Shown: piece after piece, positions 47,340-48,254 of the stretch | Layout: every line of letters starts with the position of its first letter | Position numbering within the stretch: the stretch's first letter is position 1 | Assembly (NCBI GenBank): GCA_002686465.1 | Contig: NZCP01000012.1 | Location: forward strand, 1 to 48,254 | DNA length: 48,254 nucleotides | Direction of reading: 5' to 3' | From: Candidatus Woesebacteria bacterium | GTDB lineage: Bacteria > Patescibacteriota > Microgenomatia > UBA8517 > UBA10165 | Position numbers and translations under genes: made by a program | Notes under the pieces: generated by a model | Database searches by the model: none | Told to the model about the DNA's origin: nothing | The model's input: only the letters and a program-made list of their open reading frames with translations

Positions 47340-47723
47340 ATGGATGATATGTCAGGTTCAATTCCTCCACGGATTAAAATCCATGGTATCCTTGAAACTG
47401 TCATGCACGAACGTTTCAAAAAGAAAAAAAATTTCTTGCTGACGACCATTTTGGCAATACTTCTTTGGTTGGCATGGGCAATTATCTTCCTTTTTGTTCC
47501 ACCAGAAATATCCCTCGTGCCAATACTACTTCTTGGAATAACATTTCTAGCTACTCTATTTACAACCTCCCTGGTACTTGCTAACACAAGACGAGGACTC
47601 TTAATATCTGTTGGGGTCGCAATATTTATGATTATGAATTATTACGGTATCGGAAACTATCTAAATATCCTTCTTATTGCTGGCATTCTCATCACCGTCG
47701 AATACTACCTTTCCAGCCGATAA
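47340..47723 (+). CDS. Small integral membrane protein (3-4 TM segments), function unknown
   Basis: 127-aa hydrophobic ORF. ATG 47349 has better SD spacing (GAGG plus 10 nt). Confidence 0.55.
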   Translation: MDDMSGSIPPRIKIHGILETVMHERFKKKKNFLLTTILAILLWLAWAIIFLFVPPEISLVPILLLGITFLATLFTTSLVLANTRRGLLISVGVAIFMIMNYYGIGNYLNILLIAGILITVEYYLSSR

Positions 47724-47774
47724 TTCCTGGTTGACACCCAATCTATAAAGCAATACACTTCATTTAAATAAACT

Positions 47775-47846
47775 ACTGCGCATTAAATGCGCAGTATTCT
47801 CGCACTTCGTGCTAGACAAGTTTGTTCACTGCTCGCCTTCGGCGAG
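47775..47846 (+). promoter_or_regulatory. Three consecutive hairpins in the 135-nt gap before the TrpR-like gene (terminator and/or structured leader)
   Basis: H1 is ACTGCGCAT-taa-ATGCGCAGT (47775-47795). H2 is GCAC-ttc-GTGC (47802-47812). H3 is CTCGCC-ttc-GGCGAG followed by TTTG (47832-47850). Confidence 0.5.
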
Positions 47847-47858
47847 TTTGAATAAATT

Positions 47859-48215
47859 ATGAGAGTTTCCAAAAACCTAGTTAACCCCCATCTTGAAAAG
47901 GAACTTGCAAATACGCTGCACCAAGCTATCGCAGACCTGAAGAATCCAGAAGAAGTTGTGCAATTTTTGAGAGCATTTTTGTCCGATGCAGAGTATATAA
48001 CGTTGGTTAAAAGAGTAGCTGTTGCGTATTGGCTCGATCAAGGCCGAAGCTATGAGAACATTGGAGAAAATCTCAAGGTGTCTAGTGCAACTATTGCGGC
48101 AATGCAGCAATCAATGGGAGCCGATGGTGTCCAAAAAACACTTGGAAAGATAAAAGCAGAAGAATGGGCTAATGCATGGAGCCAAAAGATACAAAAGTTT
48201 GTAAAAGGAGCCTAA
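47859..48215 (+). CDS. TrpR-like YerC/YecD family DNA-binding protein
   Basis: EEVVQFLRAFLSDAEYITLVKRVAVAYWLDQGRSYENIGENLKVSSATIA is a Trp-repressor-fold HTH pattern. Confidence 0.7.
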   Translation: MRVSKNLVNPHLEKELANTLHQAIADLKNPEEVVQFLRAFLSDAEYITLVKRVAVAYWLDQGRSYENIGENLKVSSATIAAMQQSMGADGVQKTLGKIKAEEWANAWSQKIQKFVKGA

Positions 48216-48227
48216 TTTAGCTATAAT
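48199..48227 (+). promoter_or_regulatory. Promoter TTGTAA-17-TATAAT, 7 nt upstream of ATG 48235
   Basis: ttgtaa-aaggagcctaatttagc-tataat-taactcg-ATG. Confidence 0.4.
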
Positions 48228-48234
48228 TAACTCG

Positions 48235-48254
48235 ATGAACGCAAAAACCTCTAC
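48235..48254 (+). CDS. 5' end of an unidentified ORF running off the right edge (MNAKTS...)
   Basis: ATG in leaderless geometry after a TATAAT box. Only 6 codons are visible. Confidence 0.3.

Noticed and set aside
1-48254. Alternative genetic code (UGA as a sense codon, as in some CPR lineages)
   Set aside because: Long uninterrupted ORFs with recognisable full-length proteins are obtained with the standard code. TGA is used as a genuine stop, for example in uvrD (40251-40253) and murJ (26025-26027).

Overview
Gene-dense chromosomal segment with about 45 protein-coding genes. I recognised no rRNA, tRNA, CRISPR array, transposase or reverse transcriptase. The gene content suggests a Candidate Phyla Radiation/Patescibacteria (Microgenomates-like) bacterium using the standard genetic code; this assignment is inference. 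The supporting traits are minimised housekeeping proteins (AlaRS without C-Ala, IF-2 starting at the G domain, Cys-free DnaJ), charged low-complexity tails, many TM-anchored surface proteins, sortase, tandem FemAB, PilN/PilO and 'LSTFKF' domain proteins.

Layout. Bases 1-27857 are almost entirely minus strand: mltG, ruvX, sortase, alaS, ftsK, RNase J, UDG, pnp-rpsO, infB-nusA, and dnaJ/dnaK/grpE/hrcA with a CIRCE operator, then murJ. A strand switch occurs at rpsT. A plus-strand surface cluster follows (pilN-like, pilO-like, four TM-anchored or secreted proteins). Next comes an envelope block (GT39 mannosyltransferase, polytopic GT-C-like protein, LCP, uvrD/pcrA, two FemAB paralogues). The window ends with kinase-like, helicase-nuclease and rmuC genes on the minus strand and a TrpR-like gene.

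Most interesting observations:
1. A PilN/PilO-led six-gene surface cluster (28253-34322). It has sortase-type C-terminal signals (VPVSG, LPEAG), a 28-Cys module, a proline-rich cytoplasmic tail and a domain shared by two neighbouring proteins.
2. A family of GTNACAN-heptad inverted repeats sharing an identical 13-mer at three loci. One pair encloses a four-helix-bundle (23S-IVS-type) gene like cargo.
3. A 758-aa actin-fold/TM/extracellular protein plus sortase, inserted into the conserved alaS-ruvX-mltG neighbourhood.
4. Widespread leaderless-type promoters (TGnTAnAAT or -35/-10 boxes 5-11 nt from start codons).
5. A 1-nt homopolymer frameshift hiding the signal-anchor of a surface protein.
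6. A single-chain UvrD motor with an Fe-S Cas4/AddB-type nuclease, adjacent to rmuC.

All family calls come from motif recognition by eye. No database search was run.
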